64,000 bases of DNA, taken from the NCBI GenBank assembly GCA_903831305.1, contig CAIKXE010000002.1:15934-79933 (forward strand), written 5' to 3'. Both the position numbers and the translations under genes were made by a program. The notes under the pieces are model-generated. The model did not search any database, was not told where the DNA came from, and saw only the letters and a program-made list of their open reading frames with translations. Within the stretch, counting starts at the first letter, position 1. Every line of letters begins with the position of its first letter. This document shows, piece by piece, positions 9,958 to 19,960 of the stretch. This DNA is from an uncultured bacterium (GTDB taxonomy: Bacteria; Patescibacteriota; Minisyncoccia; Phycocordibacterales; GWA1-40-21).

Positions 9958-11163
9958 ATGATTTTTAAATACAAAGCCATAGACACTAGTAATAATCAGA
10001 AGGAAGGCACCATTGAGGCTGTCAGTTTGGAGGTGGCTATTGCTTCCTTGCAAAAAAGAGGCTTGGTGTTATCAAATATCAGTCCAGTAGAGCAAAAGTC
10101 TTTTTTGGAAAGAAATGTCTCTTTCTTAGAGCATATCTCAAGTAAGGATATCGTCATTCTATCTCGTCAGATGGCTACTTTGTTTGAGGCTCAGGTTTCT
10201 GCACTACGCGTTTTTGAGCTTTTGTCCAGTCAGGCCGAGAAGAATTCCATCAGGCAAAAACTATCTGAAATTGCAGGTGATCTCCAGGCGGGCAGTACTA
10301 TCTCAGATGCTTTAGCAAAGCATCCAGATATGTTTTCACCATTTTATGTGAATATGATAAAGTCTGGTGAAGAGTCTGGTAAGCTTGATCAGACTTTGCT
10401 TTATTTGGCGGATTATCTGGACCGGACTCATGAAGTGACCTCTAAAGTGAAGAGTGCTTTAGTCTATCCGGCTTTTATTGTTTTTACTTTTATTGCGGTG
10501 ATGGTTTTGATGCTGACCGTGGTGATACCAAAAATCAGCGCTATCCTGGTGGATTCCGGTCAAGACATTCCCGTCTATACTAAAGTCGTTCTTGGTATTT
10601 CTGGTTTTTTTGTGAGTTATGGGATGTTTATTTTGATAATCCTCGTGGTTGGCGGCTTTTTCCTCTGGCGTTATATTAAGACCGAGGCTGGGCGGTACTC
10701 CTTTGATTCCTTAAAAATTACCTTTCCAGCGATTCAGGTTCTTTATCGCAAGCTTTATTTGTCCAGAATTGCTGACAATATGAACGTGATGTTACTTTCT
10801 GGTATACCTATTGTCCGGGGCTTGGATCTGACATCCAAGGTGGTGGATAATAAGGTGTTTGAAAACTTAATAAACCAGGTGGTGGAAGATGTAAAGACGG
10901 GCAGTTCTATCTCTGATGCAATGATGAAGTCCGGAGAAATCCCCAGTATTTTTATTGCGATGATCAAGATCGGTGAGGAGACCGGTCAGCTGGGTAATAT
11001 CTTGAAAACCTTGGCTTTATTTTACCGCCGAGAGGTGATGAACGCCATAGACACTTTGGTGGGGCTTATTGAGCCAGTGATGATTGTCCTTCTGGGTTTT
11101 GGAGTAGCCTTCTTACTCGCTTCCGTACTTATCCCTATTTATAATCTATCTGGGGCGATGTAG
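9958..11163 (+). CDS. pilC: Pilus platform protein PilC (GspF family)
   Basis: GEESGKL, ALVYP, GEETGQL, LIEP. Confidence 0.95.
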   Translation: MIFKYKAIDTSNNQKEGTIEAVSLEVAIASLQKRGLVLSNISPVEQKSFLERNVSFLEHISSKDIVILSRQMATLFEAQVSALRVFELLSSQAEKNSIRQKLSEIAGDLQAGSTISDALAKHPDMFSPFYVNMIKSGEESGKLDQTLLYLADYLDRTHEVTSKVKSALVYPAFIVFTFIAVMVLMLTVVIPKISAILVDSGQDIPVYTKVVLGISGFFVSYGMFILIILVVGGFFLWRYIKTEAGRYSFDSLKITFPAIQVLYRKLYLSRIADNMNVMLLSGIPIVRGLDLTSKVVDNKVFENLINQVVEDVKTGSSISDAMMKSGEIPSIFIAMIKIGEETGQLGNILKTLALFYRREVMNAIDTLVGLIEPVMIVLLGFGVAFLLASVLIPIYNLSGAM

Positions 11164-11165
11164 GG

Positions 11166-11297
11166 CACAACCGCCCCGGTTCGCAAGGCCTCACCACCCC
11201 GCCTTGACCAAGGTGGGGAAAGGGAACTCAAACAACGAGGGTCTGCTTTCTCCTCCTTAGTCAAGGAGGAGTGGCATTCTGATGACGAGGTGGTGTG
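11166..11297. repeat. Double-hairpin palindromic element, copy 1
   Basis: ~80-nt core nearly identical to 13503-13585; hairpins ccccgccttgaccaaggtgggg and tcctccttagtcaaggagga. Confidence 0.9.
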
Positions 11298-11300
11298 AAG

Positions 11301-11344
11301 TTTTCCACACCTCTCATTGTTGCTTATTTTAGATGTGCTATAAT
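11301..11344 (+). promoter_or_regulatory. Major pilin promoter with DnaA-box-like TTTTCCACA
   Basis: TGcTATAAT with hexamer at 11339-11344; TTTTCCACA at 11301-11309. Confidence 0.6.
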
Positions 11345-11482
11345 ATCTAGCATAAGCTAATTTTATTTTAGCTTTCCCGAAATTTTTGGTCGATCTCGTT
11401 TTGTCACTCTTACGTAAAGTGGTAAAGGAGTCAAAAATAAAAGGAATTTATAAGGTTTTAGTAATTTAATAATAAATATTAT

Positions 11483-11923
11483 ATGAAAAAAGGTTTTACA
11501 CTTATTGAACTTCTCGTCGTTATCGCTATTATTGGTATTTTGTCTTCTGTCGTTTTAGCTTCTTTGAATTCAGCTAGAAGTAAAGGTGCAGATGCTGCAG
11601 TGAAAGGTAATGTCGCGGGAATCCGGGCACAAGCAGAGCTATATTATGATGATTCTACAAAAGGTAATCAATCATATGGTATCGTTACGGCAAGCTGTAC
11701 AACTGGTATATTCTCAGATTCAAATATTACCAATGCAATTAATGGTGCCAATGCACAAAAAGGGACAGGAACTACCTTGTGTTTTGCTAGCTCCACTGCC
11801 TGGGCAATATCAGTACCTCTAAAAGGTGATGCTGGAAAGTGGTATTGTGTTTCTTCTGATGGTGTAGCAACCACAACATCTGTTGCTGCAGCTATTAGTG
11901 CTTCAGACCCATCTTGTAATTAA
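11483..11923 (+). CDS. Type IV pilin, probable major pilin
   Basis: KKG|FTLIELLVVIAIIGIL; own promoter, long leader and terminator. Confidence 0.93.
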   Translation: MKKGFTLIELLVVIAIIGILSSVVLASLNSARSKGADAAVKGNVAGIRAQAELYYDDSTKGNQSYGIVTASCTTGIFSDSNITNAINGANAQKGTGTTLCFASSTAWAISVPLKGDAGKWYCVSSDGVATTTSVAAAISASDPSCN

Positions 11924-11940
11924 TTTATCTTAATTTCAAA

Positions 11941-11969
11941 CAAAAAACCACCCGAAAGGTGGTTTTTTG
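11941..11969. terminator. Bidirectional intrinsic terminator
   Basis: caaaaaaccacc-cgaa-aggtggttttttg. Confidence 0.85.
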
Positions 11970-11985
11970 TTTGGTGGTTTTGAGG

Positions 11986-12091
11986 CAACCGCCCCTAACC
12001 CCTCCTTAACTAAGGAGGGGAAGAGACGTGACTCTAACTGGGTTACTCTTTCACCTTCCCGCCTCAGTTGAGGAGGGACTGAGGGAAGTTG
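11986..12091. repeat. Double-hairpin palindromic element, divergent member
   Basis: caacc start, cccctccttaactaaggagggg hairpin, second imperfect hairpin, gttg end. Confidence 0.75.
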
Positions 12092-12123
12092 GCTCTTGGA
12101 GCAGGTTAGTGTATAATGTCACC

Positions 12124-12639
12124 ATGAAAGCAAACAAAGGTTTCACTATTATTGAAGTCCTGGTGGTCATAGCTGTCATTGCTGTATTGACCATCCTTAT
12201 TTTTCCGTCACTGAACAATATTCAAAAGAAAAATCGTGATGCTGAGCGGATTGCGGACATTTCATCCATCCAGCTGGGTCTACTTCTATATTATAGCCAA
12301 CACCCAACAGGGGGTTACCCTGAAGATATTTATAATTCAGATTTTAGTCCCCAATACGTCACGGCCGAGGTTTTGGTCGGTCCCGATGGTAAAAATTATA
12401 CCTATGTCCCTTTGACCCACATTACCACACTAAATCCTAAATGTTCCTATTATCATTTAGGCACAGCCCTAGAGCTTCCGAGCGCTCAGATAGATGCCAA
12501 TGATGATTTTGATTCTACTAATGATCCTGACTCACCCCCACCTATTAAAAAAACATTGTCAGGCGGCTACTTGTATTGTGATCCAGAAAATAACACTGGC
12601 CTAGCTCCTAGCCCTACAAATTATAACGTCCATCCCTAA
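12124..12639 (+). CDS. Type IV pilin (GspG-like)
   Basis: KG|FTIIE, RDAERIADI; ATG 12124 lies 6 nt after TATAAT. Confidence 0.9.
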   Translation: MKANKGFTIIEVLVVIAVIAVLTILIFPSLNNIQKKNRDAERIADISSIQLGLLLYYSQHPTGGYPEDIYNSDFSPQYVTAEVLVGPDGKNYTYVPLTHITTLNPKCSYYHLGTALELPSAQIDANDDFDSTNDPDSPPPIKKTLSGGYLYCDPENNTGLAPSPTNYNVHP

Positions 12640-12643
12640 TATC

Positions 12644-13477
12644 ATGCCCACTCAAATTTTATTTTACCTTTTAGTTTTTATCTTTGGCACTATTGTGGGG
12701 AGCTTTTTAAATGTCTTGGTTTTGCGTTATGGCACCGGTATCTCACCCATGAAGGGGCGGTCATTTTGCTTTTCCTGCGGTAAAAAGCTAGGGGCTCTCG
12801 AGCTTATTCCGGTTTTCAGTTTCCTTTTCCAAGGCGGTAAGTGTAAGGGCTGTCAGAGTAAAATCTCTTGGCAGTATCCGGTAGTAGAGGCTATTGCCGG
12901 CTTGCTTTTTGTGGCCGTTATTTTACGTTATTCTGGTTTGGTAGGGTTGATCTTTGATTCATGGTTGGTCGTCATTTCTTTGTTAGTCATTGCGGTCCTG
13001 GTGGCTATCACCGTCTATGATATAAAGCACAAAATAATTCCTGATGGGCTGACTATTACCTTTGGTCTTCTGGCGCTCACTAAAATAGTACTAGATTATA
13101 ATCAGCTGACTTTGACTCCAGAGGCCAGCAAGATCCACTTGATTTCATATTTACTGGCTGGTCCGGGTCTGGCCTTACCCTTTTTCTTCCTTTGGTTATT
13201 TTCCAAAGGCCGGTGGATGGGGCTAGGGGATCCCAAACTGATGGTTTGTATGGGCTGGTTTTTGGGGCCGATTATGGGTTTGTCTGCCATTATTTTGGCT
13301 TTTTGGAGCGGGGCGCTTTATGGGCTAGTCCTTCTCGCTCTATCTAAATTCAGTTGGCATGGTCTGAAAATCACCGGCAAAACAGAGGTTCCTTTTGCTC
13401 CGTTCCTGGTTCTTGGCTTTCTTTTAGTCTTTTTCTTTCAGATTGATATTTTGAACCTTGGTTTCTTGTTACCCTGA
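12644..13477 (+). CDS. pilD: Prepilin peptidase PilD
   Basis: GSFLNV, two CxxC, YD.KH.IIP, MGLGD.KL, PFAPFL. Confidence 0.95.
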   Translation: MPTQILFYLLVFIFGTIVGSFLNVLVLRYGTGISPMKGRSFCFSCGKKLGALELIPVFSFLFQGGKCKGCQSKISWQYPVVEAIAGLLFVAVILRYSGLVGLIFDSWLVVISLLVIAVLVAITVYDIKHKIIPDGLTITFGLLALTKIVLDYNQLTLTPEASKIHLISYLLAGPGLALPFFFLWLFSKGRWMGLGDPKLMVCMGWFLGPIMGLSAIILAFWSGALYGLVLLALSKFSWHGLKITGKTEVPFAPFLVLGFLLVFFFQIDILNLGFLLP

Positions 13478-13478
13478 C

Positions 13479-13611
13479 CAACCGCCCCGTCCATCAGAAT
13501 GGCCACCCCGCCTTAACTAAGGTGGGGAAAGGGAACTCAAACAACGAGGGTCTGCTTTCTCCTCCTTAGTCAAGGAGGAGTGGCGAAGCTTTGTGAGCCG
13601 AGGTGGTTGTG
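13479..13611. repeat. Double-hairpin palindromic element, copy 2
   Basis: Direct repeat of the copy 1 core with reciprocal arms. Confidence 0.9.
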
Positions 13612-13624
13612 TTATAATGTAATG

Positions 13625-14233
13625 ATGATATTTAGGAAAAAAGTTAATTCCGGTTTCACCCTTGTAGAGCTTTTGGTCACTATCACTATCTTTACTGTCC
13701 TGACCGGGGTGGTGCTTTTTAGCCAGAGTAAATTCAATAGCTCTATTTTACTTACTAATTTGGCCTATGATATAGCTCTCACTACCCGCCAAGCGCAAAA
13801 TTATGGCATAAATATTAAGGAATATGATGCTGGTGAATTTTTACCATACGGCGTGCATTTTGATTTGTCTAGTACAAAATCTTTTATTTTATTTGCTGAT
13901 CATGGTTATTATAATAATAAAGAAAAGGTTAGTCCTTATGACGGCGGAGTAACTTTTTGTGATTTAGGACACGGTTGTGTAAACCGGTATAATATCCAGG
14001 GTGGTAATTTTATTTCTGCTCTTTGCGTGACGTCTGGAGAAGGGGAAACGTGTGATCTTGAAAAGCTGGATATTATTTTTCAAAGGCCAGATCCTGATGC
14101 CAAGATTTATGCTGGTGGGGTTACTGACACTACTTATTCTAAAGCTGTCATTGTGGTCACGGGTTCTGATGGAAGCACTAGAGAGGTGGTGGTTCAAGCT
14201 AACGGCTTAATCCAAATTGGAGAAAATATATGA
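13625..14233 (+). CDS. Minor pilin (FimT/FimU-like)
   Basis: SG|FTLVE; start at 13622 or 13625. Confidence 0.88.
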   Translation: MIFRKKVNSGFTLVELLVTITIFTVLTGVVLFSQSKFNSSILLTNLAYDIALTTRQAQNYGINIKEYDAGEFLPYGVHFDLSSTKSFILFADHGYYNNKEKVSPYDGGVTFCDLGHGCVNRYNIQGGNFISALCVTSGEGETCDLEKLDIIFQRPDPDAKIYAGGVTDTTYSKAVIVVTGSDGSTREVVVQANGLIQIGENI

Positions 14234-14835
14234 TGAAATATTTTAATTTTAAAAGAAAGTTAGTGTGTGGGTTTACGCTCGTGGAGATGATGGTGGCTAT
14301 TGCCGTTTTCTCCATTGTGATGGTGGTAGCCATGAGTGCCTTGATCAACGTGATTGATGCCAATAATAAAGCTCGGTCTATCAAAACCGCTATTAATAAT
14401 ATTAGCTTTGCTTTAGAGGGTATTTCCAAGGATATGCGCATGGGGGAGGAATATGCCTGTGGAAATGACGTTTCTAATCTATCAGGTAATTGCCTTGATG
14501 GAGGAAGTGCTATTAAATACCGCTCACAAAGGGCTTATCTAGACACGACAACCGGTAAAAACAGTTTTGCCTATTACAAATTTTCAGGAACACAGCTTTA
14601 TGAGTGCTTAGAAAAAGAACTTAATGATAATTGCAATGGTGTAACTGCAGTTTTTAGCCCCGTTACTTCTTCTGAGGTTACCCTAAAAAAGGTTATATTT
14701 TATATTCTTGGTGTTGGTGAGGCAGGTAAACAACCCAGGATGATTATGACCATCAGCGGTGAAGCGGGGACGAAGGAAAAGATCAAAACTACTTTTGATT
14801 TGCAGACCAGTGTGTCACAGCGAAAAAGAATATAA
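14230..14835 (+). CDS. Minor pilin (PilW-like)
   Basis: G|FTLVEMMVAIAVF; C-terminal LQTSVSQR. Confidence 0.88.
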   Translation: MMKYFNFKRKLVCGFTLVEMMVAIAVFSIVMVVAMSALINVIDANNKARSIKTAINNISFALEGISKDMRMGEEYACGNDVSNLSGNCLDGGSAIKYRSQRAYLDTTTGKNSFAYYKFSGTQLYECLEKELNDNCNGVTAVFSPVTSSEVTLKKVIFYILGVGEAGKQPRMIMTISGEAGTKEKIKTTFDLQTSVSQRKRI

Positions 14836-14836
14836 T

Positions 14837-15349
14837 ATGATGAAGACAAATATAAAAAATAATAATGGGTTTACTTTACTTGAGGCCATGGTGGCCATTT
14901 CTATTCTCATGGTGGCCGTCGTCGCCCCTATCACTATCGCCCAGAAGGGACTTTCTTCAGCTGTTTATTCTAAGAATCAAATGATTGCTTCATATCTCGC
15001 CCAGGACGCCCTTGAGTATATTAAAAATGTGCGGGATGAAAATATTAAGAATAGCCAATTATGGCTGGAGAGTCTTGATTCTTGTGTCGGCGAATCAAAA
15101 TATTGTCAGATAGATACTATAAAGCCCGTCACTGATTTTGGGGTGGTAAAACCCTATAACAGCGCAGTTTTATCACTAGATAGCAATGGTTTTTACGGCT
15201 ATGATGGGGGAACACCTACAAATTTTATGCGGAAAATTAATATTATAGTAGATCCTTTTGGGAATAATTCTGATGAAGCTCAGGTTACGGCAACTGTCAG
15301 TTGGAATACAGATAAAGTAGAAGTTAAAACTTTAATTTATAATTACTAA
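14837..15349 (+). CDS. Minor pilin (PilV-like)
   Basis: NG|FTLLE and ASYLAQDALEYIKNVRD. Confidence 0.88.
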   Translation: MMKTNIKNNNGFTLLEAMVAISILMVAVVAPITIAQKGLSSAVYSKNQMIASYLAQDALEYIKNVRDENIKNSQLWLESLDSCVGESKYCQIDTIKPVTDFGVVKPYNSAVLSLDSNGFYGYDGGTPTNFMRKINIIVDPFGNNSDEAQVTATVSWNTDKVEVKTLIYNY

Positions 15350-15350
15350 A

Positions 15351-15926
15351 ATGATAATTTTTGACTTAAAAAAGAATAAAGGGACCTGCCCCGCGAAGCT
15401 GAAGCGTATTGGGGGGTTTGCCCTTCTTTTTTCAGTTTTGGTGGCCAGCCTGCTTTTGACCATCGGCCTCTCTATCTTTAGAATCGCCCTAAAAGAGCTA
15501 GCTATCTCTACCGCCACTAGACAGTCTATCCACGCTTTTTATGCGGCGGACAGCGGGCGAGAGTGTGCACTATATTGGGATAATAAAGAAAAGGTTCCGT
15601 ATCTTTTTAATTCGTATATTTCCCTTGCCCCAAAAGTCTCTGGTGGCGAAATATTCTGTGGTGGAATGTCCATTAATCTTGCTTTGACACAGAGCTTTGA
15701 AAACCCAATGGTTGATAAGATAGAATCTTTTATCCCGCAAAGTGCTAGTATTAATAATATAATTTCTGTTTCTGCTGATTTGCTAGGGCCGAATTTCTAT
15801 GTGCTTATTGATAGAACTAAGGTTGTTTTAAGCCCAGTATCAAAAGTGTTTACCACAATCAAATCGTACGGCCAAGATTCAGTGGGGGGAGACAGAGTAC
15901 AGAGAGCTATTATTGAAACATATTAA
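15351..15926 (+). CDS. Minor pilin (PilX-like)
   Basis: G|FALLFS lacking Glu5; AFYAADSG.ECA. Confidence 0.82.
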   Translation: MIIFDLKKNKGTCPAKLKRIGGFALLFSVLVASLLLTIGLSIFRIALKELAISTATRQSIHAFYAADSGRECALYWDNKEKVPYLFNSYISLAPKVSGGEIFCGGMSINLALTQSFENPMVDKIESFIPQSASINNIISVSADLLGPNFYVLIDRTKVVLSPVSKVFTTIKSYGQDSVGGDRVQRAIIETY

Positions 15927-15930
15927 ACTG

Positions 15931-17937
15931 ATGAAAGAGCGTTATGAAAAATTGATACGGGCCATAGAGCATCATCAGTATCTCTATCATACTCTGGATC
16001 AGCCAGAGATTACCGATGAAGCCTATGATTCCCTGATGCGGGAGTTACTCGAGATAGAGGCCAGACACCCGGAGTTCATATCACCTTTGAGTCCTAGCCA
16101 GCGAGTGGGTGGAGTACCACTCTCAGAATTTAAAAAGGTCCATCATCAGGTCCGGCAGTGGTCTTTTGATGATGTTTTTGATTTTAACGAGCTTATAAAG
16201 TGGGAGGAAAAGATAAAGCGCCTGATGCTAAAAGAGCCTAGCTTAAAATCCGAGAGATTAGAATATTGTTGTGAATTAAAAATAGATGGTCTAAAGGTTG
16301 TTTTGACTTATATAAACGGAGAGTTTGTAGAAGGGGCTACGCGCGGTGACGGGCAGGTGGGGGAAAATGTGACCGAGAATCTAAAGACTATAAAATCTAT
16401 TCCGTTTTTTCTGCAAGAAAAGGTGGATATAATAGTGGTGGGAGAAGCTTGGATGAATAAAAGTGAGCTGGCCCGGATAAATAAAGAACGAGAGAAAAAC
16501 GGCGAACAAATATTTGCCAATACTAGGAATGCTGGCGCCGGCTCTATCCGTCAGCTGGATCCTAAGGTCACGGCAAAAAGAAGACTTGATACCTTTATCT
16601 ATGATATTGATGCTCTAGGCTGGGAGTGGCCCAAAACTCAAGGTGAGGAATTGGAATTATTAAAAAAGCTAGGTTTCAAAACCAACCCATATTTTCATAT
16701 TGCTAAAGATTTAGCGGAAGTCCAAAAGTATTATCTGGAATGGACAAAGAAAAAAGATAAAATGGATTACGGTTTGGATGGAATTGTAATAAAAATAAAC
16801 TCGCGTAAAATCCAGGAGGTCCTGGGTTATACGGGCAAGACTCCGCGCTGGGGTGTGGCTTATAAATTTCCAGCGGAACAGGTGACGACGGTGGTGGAAG
16901 CTATTGTGCTTCAAGTGGGGCGGACCGGGGTACTTACTCCGGTAGCACATCTCACACCGGTCCGGGTGGCCGGGTCTCTAGTCTCACGAGCTACTCTGCA
17001 TAACGAGGATGAAATAAAACGCCTAGACGTGCGGGTGGGTGATACCGTCATTTTGCAAAAAGCGGGGGACGTGATTCCGGATATTGTGGCGGTTCTAAAA
17101 GAGTTTCGAACTGGTAAGGAAGTAGCTTATGAGTTTCCAGCTACTGTGGCGGATTGTGGTGGTGATGGCCGGATTGAGCGGGTGCCAGGACAAGTAGCTT
17201 GGCGTTGTGTAAGTAAGGATTCTTTTGCTCAGAAACGCCGGATTTTTTATCATTTTGTGTCAAAAAAAGCCTTTGACATGGATGGCTGTGGACCAAAGAT
17301 AATCGATGTCTTATTGGACAACAATTTGATTGCAGACTTTGCTGACATTTTCACTTTAAAAAAAGGTGATCTTTTAGCCCTGCCTCGTTTTGCAGAAAAG
17401 TCCGTGGATAATCTCTTGGCATCTATTGAGAAATCACGACCGGTCAGCTTATCAAAATTTTTGGTGAGTTTGTCTATTTCTCAGGTGGGGGAGGAAACCG
17501 CTATTGATCTGGCCAAGCATTTTGGTAGTATAGAAAAACTGCGAGTGGCTTCCTTTGAGGATTTGCAACAGCTTGATGGCGTGGGGCCGGTAGTGGCGGA
17601 GGCTCTCACTCTCTGGTTTGGAAATAAAAATAATAAGCGGATCCTGGACGACCTATTTGCCCAAGTAAAAATATCAAGGAAATTCCTTGATGAAGATAAA
17701 GGTAAAAATGGAAAATTAGCAGGTAAAACCTTTGTGATTACTGGCACACTTTCTGCTTTGTCCCGAGACCAAGCCAAGGATAAAATCCGGGCCCTGGGCG
17801 GAGAAACTTCGGAATCTATATCAGCCAAAACCTCATATTTAATAGCGGGGGAAAATGCCGGTTCCAAACTTGAAAAAGCTCAAGCTCTCGGGGTGGCAAT
17901 ACTAAAGGAGGGAGATTTTCTTGATCTACTTAAATAA
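15931..17937 (+). CDS. ligA: NAD-dependent DNA ligase
   Basis: ELKIDG, ATRGDG, AYKFP, RATLHN and C-terminal BRCT domain. Confidence 0.97.
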   Translation: MKERYEKLIRAIEHHQYLYHTLDQPEITDEAYDSLMRELLEIEARHPEFISPLSPSQRVGGVPLSEFKKVHHQVRQWSFDDVFDFNELIKWEEKIKRLMLKEPSLKSERLEYCCELKIDGLKVVLTYINGEFVEGATRGDGQVGENVTENLKTIKSIPFFLQEKVDIIVVGEAWMNKSELARINKEREKNGEQIFANTRNAGAGSIRQLDPKVTAKRRLDTFIYDIDALGWEWPKTQGEELELLKKLGFKTNPYFHIAKDLAEVQKYYLEWTKKKDKMDYGLDGIVIKINSRKIQEVLGYTGKTPRWGVAYKFPAEQVTTVVEAIVLQVGRTGVLTPVAHLTPVRVAGSLVSRATLHNEDEIKRLDVRVGDTVILQKAGDVIPDIVAVLKEFRTGKEVAYEFPATVADCGGDGRIERVPGQVAWRCVSKDSFAQKRRIFYHFVSKKAFDMDGCGPKIIDVLLDNNLIADFADIFTLKKGDLLALPRFAEKSVDNLLASIEKSRPVSLSKFLVSLSISQVGEETAIDLAKHFGSIEKLRVASFEDLQQLDGVGPVVAEALTLWFGNKNNKRILDDLFAQVKISRKFLDEDKGKNGKLAGKTFVITGTLSALSRDQAKDKIRALGGETSESISAKTSYLIAGENAGSKLEKAQALGVAILKEGDFLDLLK

Positions 17938-17939
17938 TT

Positions 17940-18152
17940 TTACATACTCAATAACTGACTGTAAGCTGAAATATCAAAACTGGACATAAAGCTCGGTAAT
18001 ACAAAAAGAAGACCGATCAAAGGGAGAACGGTGACCACGATGGTGATAATGAGAGTCCAGAGAAAAAAGTTTTTTAGGAACTTGATATATTTACTAATGA
18101 CGTCTATTTTTCCTTCCAATACATCTAGTCTATTTTTTAATTCGTTATCCAT
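17940..18152 (-). CDS. Small membrane protein
   Basis: 70 aa with hydrophobic segment; TGtTACAAT 6 nt before ATG. Confidence 0.7.
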   Translation of the reverse strand: MDNELKNRLDVLEGKIDVISKYIKFLKNFFLWTLIITIVVTVLPLIGLLFVLPSFMSSFDISAYSQLLSM

Positions 18153-18209
18153 CTATTCATTGTAACATATTTTTTTTGTTTTGGACGGTTTTTATGCTAC
18201 AATTCAATG

Positions 18210-18497
18210 ATGGAGATAAAGGATATTGAGAAATTGGCTAAACTGGCTCGGATCGAGCTCTCTGAGGCGGAAAAACAAGCTTATCTAAAGGATATGAGCG
18301 CTATTTTGAATTATGTAGATCAAATCAAGGAAATAGTGGGGACCACCAGTGAGGAGAAAAAGGCCGGTGATCTCCGTAATGTCACTCGTCTGGATGAGTC
18401 CCAAGATCAAGACCAGGATAAGGCTCGGGCCATAATTGCTGAATTTCCCAGACAAGAAAGAAATTACTTAAAAGTAAAAAAGATATTAGAAAACTAG
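18210..18497 (+). CDS. gatC: Asp/Glu-tRNA amidotransferase subunit C
   Basis: KLAKLARIEL, LRNVTR.D, YLKVKKI; precedes gatA. Confidence 0.92.
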   Translation: MEIKDIEKLAKLARIELSEAEKQAYLKDMSAILNYVDQIKEIVGTTSEEKKAGDLRNVTRLDESQDQDQDKARAIIAEFPRQERNYLKVKKILEN

Positions 18498-18499
18498 TT

Positions 18500-19939
18500 A
18501 TGATTGATTTAAAAAATTTAACAATAAAACAAGCACATGAATCTTTACTAAGTGGTAAATACACCGCGGTGGATTTGGCCCAAGCCTATTTGGAAAATAT
18601 AAAAACAAAAGACAGTAAAATCCACGCCTATCTGGAAGTTTTTTCTGATGTTTTGGATCAGGCTAGGGAATCAGACAAACGTATTGCTAGCAAAGACCGG
18701 GTTACGGTTTTGACCGGAATACCTATTGCAGTAAAAGATAATATTTTAATCAAGGGACGGATTGCTAGTTCGGCCTCAAAGATGCTAGAAAATTATCACG
18801 CCACCTATGATGCCACTGTCATAAAAAAGCTAAAAGAGGCTGGGGTGATTTTCCTTGGTCGGACAAATATGGATGAATTTGCGATGGGTGGCTCTACGGA
18901 GAATTCTGCTTTTGGCGTAACTCACAATCCTTGTGATTTAGAGAGGGTAGCGGGTGGTTCTTCTGGTGGGTCGGCGGCGGCTGTTGCCGGGGATATGGCC
19001 CTGGCTGCTTTAGGGTCAGATACTGGTGGTTCTATCCGTCAGCCAGCGAGCTTTTGCGGTTTGGTTGGATTTAAGCCTACTTATGGGGCCGTTTCTCGTT
19101 ATGGGGTGATGGCGATGGGCTCATCCTTTGACCAGATTGGTCCTTTTGCTAAAAGCACCGAGGACGCGCAAATCCTTTTTGATTTTATTGCTGGCTCGGA
19201 TATCATGGACTCCACTAGCGTTAGTCCCCAAAGCTTGGCCTTGGGTATTCACAAAGGCCTAGCCTTGGGGCCAATAAAAATTGGTATTCCGAAAGAGGTG
19301 ATGAAAGTGGAGGGGATGGATGAAGCGGTCCTCGCTAATTTTAATCAGTCAGTGGAAAAGTTAAAAAAACTTGGTTATGAAATACAGGAAGTCAGCTTGC
19401 CAAACTTGCCGTACTCTCTAGCGGTCTACTATACTTTGATCCCAGCTGAAGTGTCATCAAATATGGCGCGTTTTGATGGAGTGCGTTATGGTTTGCATGT
19501 GGAGGGGGCTAATATGACTGACGATTATTTTAAATCCAAGCAGACTGGTTTTGGTCCAGAAGTAAAACGCCGAATTATTTTGGGTACCTATATCTTATCT
19601 TCTGGCTATTATGATGCTTATTATAATAAGGCTAATATCGTTCGGGATCTGATCCGAGCCGACTATAAAAAAGCCTTTGAGATAGTAGATGTGATTATTA
19701 CCCCGACCACGCCTAGTCCAGCCTTTAAAATTGGGGAGAAAATAAATGATCCATTGAAATTATATTTGGAAGATATTTTTACTGTTCCTGCTAATTTGGC
19801 TGGTATACCAGCTGTGTCTATCCCATCTGGTTTTAAACCTGTCGGAGCCAGTAAATTACCCCTTGGGTTACAGCTGTTGGCGGCCTCGGGCAATGACAAA
19901 TTATTATTTACTGTTGCTGCAGACTTTGAAAGTAAATAA
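18500..19939 (+). CDS. gatA: Asp/Glu-tRNA amidotransferase subunit A
   Basis: VKDN, NMDEFAMG, GGSSGGS, GSDTGGSIRQPA. Confidence 0.97.
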   Translation: MIDLKNLTIKQAHESLLSGKYTAVDLAQAYLENIKTKDSKIHAYLEVFSDVLDQARESDKRIASKDRVTVLTGIPIAVKDNILIKGRIASSASKMLENYHATYDATVIKKLKEAGVIFLGRTNMDEFAMGGSTENSAFGVTHNPCDLERVAGGSSGGSAAAVAGDMALAALGSDTGGSIRQPASFCGLVGFKPTYGAVSRYGVMAMGSSFDQIGPFAKSTEDAQILFDFIAGSDIMDSTSVSPQSLALGIHKGLALGPIKIGIPKEVMKVEGMDEAVLANFNQSVEKLKKLGYEIQEVSLPNLPYSLAVYYTLIPAEVSSNMARFDGVRYGLHVEGANMTDDYFKSKQTGFGPEVKRRIILGTYILSSGYYDAYYNKANIVRDLIRADYKKAFEIVDVIITPTTPSPAFKIGEKINDPLKLYLEDIFTVPANLAGIPAVSIPSGFKPVGASKLPLGLQLLAASGNDKLLFTVAADFESK

Positions 19940-19960
19940 TTATCTGGTATTATATAAGTA

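Noticed and set aside
12028-13624. N-terminal extensions of ORFs 12028 and 13580
   Set aside because: They read through palindromic repeats and promoters; the real starts are 12124 and 13622/13625.
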